From a virus, in the IMG/VR virus record IMGVR_UViG_3300012943_000029, positions 66,176 to 130,175 of that record: a stretch of DNA of 64,000 nucleotides. One strand, written 5' to 3'. Positions 63,909-64,000 of this stretch are shown piece after piece. Every line of letters begins with the position of its first letter. Position 1 is the stretch's first letter. Below the pieces are notes generated by a model. It made no database searches and had not been told where the DNA came from. It saw nothing but the letters and a program-made list of their open reading frames with translations. The position numbers were made by a program, and so were the translations under genes.

Positions 63909-64000
63909 TTACTCCACGACTACCAGGCGCAGGTGTCGGACAGGCGGCTTGACGACCTGAGGCTTCTCTTCATCGGTCGGCGGCTTGACGGCGCGATCGT
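63909..64000 (-). CDS. 3' end of a gene entering from outside the window (...KPPVRHLRLVVVE)
   Basis: Open frame to TAA at 63909. Confidence 0.5.
   Translation of the reverse strand, partial: DRAVKPPTDEEKPQVVKPPVRHLRLVVVE

Noticed and set aside
1-64000. Stop-codon reassignment as seen in some jumbo phages
   Set aside because: Conserved genes are full length in the standard code, and TAG, TGA and TAA all end genes at expected positions.

Overview
A 64 kb segment of a large T4-superfamily (jumbo-type) myophage genome, roughly 55% GC, in the standard genetic code and almost entirely on the minus strand. Blocks from left to right: (1) replication, 0-7 kb (RNase H, sliding clamp, family-B DNA polymerase, DsbA-like protein); (2) RNA/translation repair, 9.8-17.8 kb (DEDDh exonuclease, P-loop kinase, PTH2-like protein, two unrelated RNA ligases, cREC domain), which also holds a Tat-signal-fused fragment of the major capsid 'Gol' region and lies next to a truncated tail-tube paralogue; (3) a late-promoter-led sugar-modification cluster, 20.1-26.8 kb (three DxD glycosyltransferase-like genes, radical SAM, carbamoyltransferase), lying between two paralogous virion proteins, with a separate GT-methyltransferase fusion at 11.7-13.0 kb; (4) PhoH and small virion proteins; (5) three mosaic fibre genes, 35.5-42.5 kb; (6) an accessory/early region with macro domain, MazG-like protein, thymidylate synthase, SLOG, DnaJ, a stand-alone PEP-synthase N-domain, DUF262, an AAA ATPase and many small ORFs, interrupted by one plus-strand fibre gene. 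Two promoter classes are visible: TGTAC(T/C)-N16/17-TAnAAT, often with an upstream TTTAACATAA box, and T4-late-like TAAATA boxes, most of which sit inside inverted repeats. I saw no tRNA, rRNA, CRISPR array, intron, intein or transposase. All product calls come from motif recognition by eye, not database searches. Many start codons were moved downstream of the ORF-track start using RBS and gene-overlap logic.
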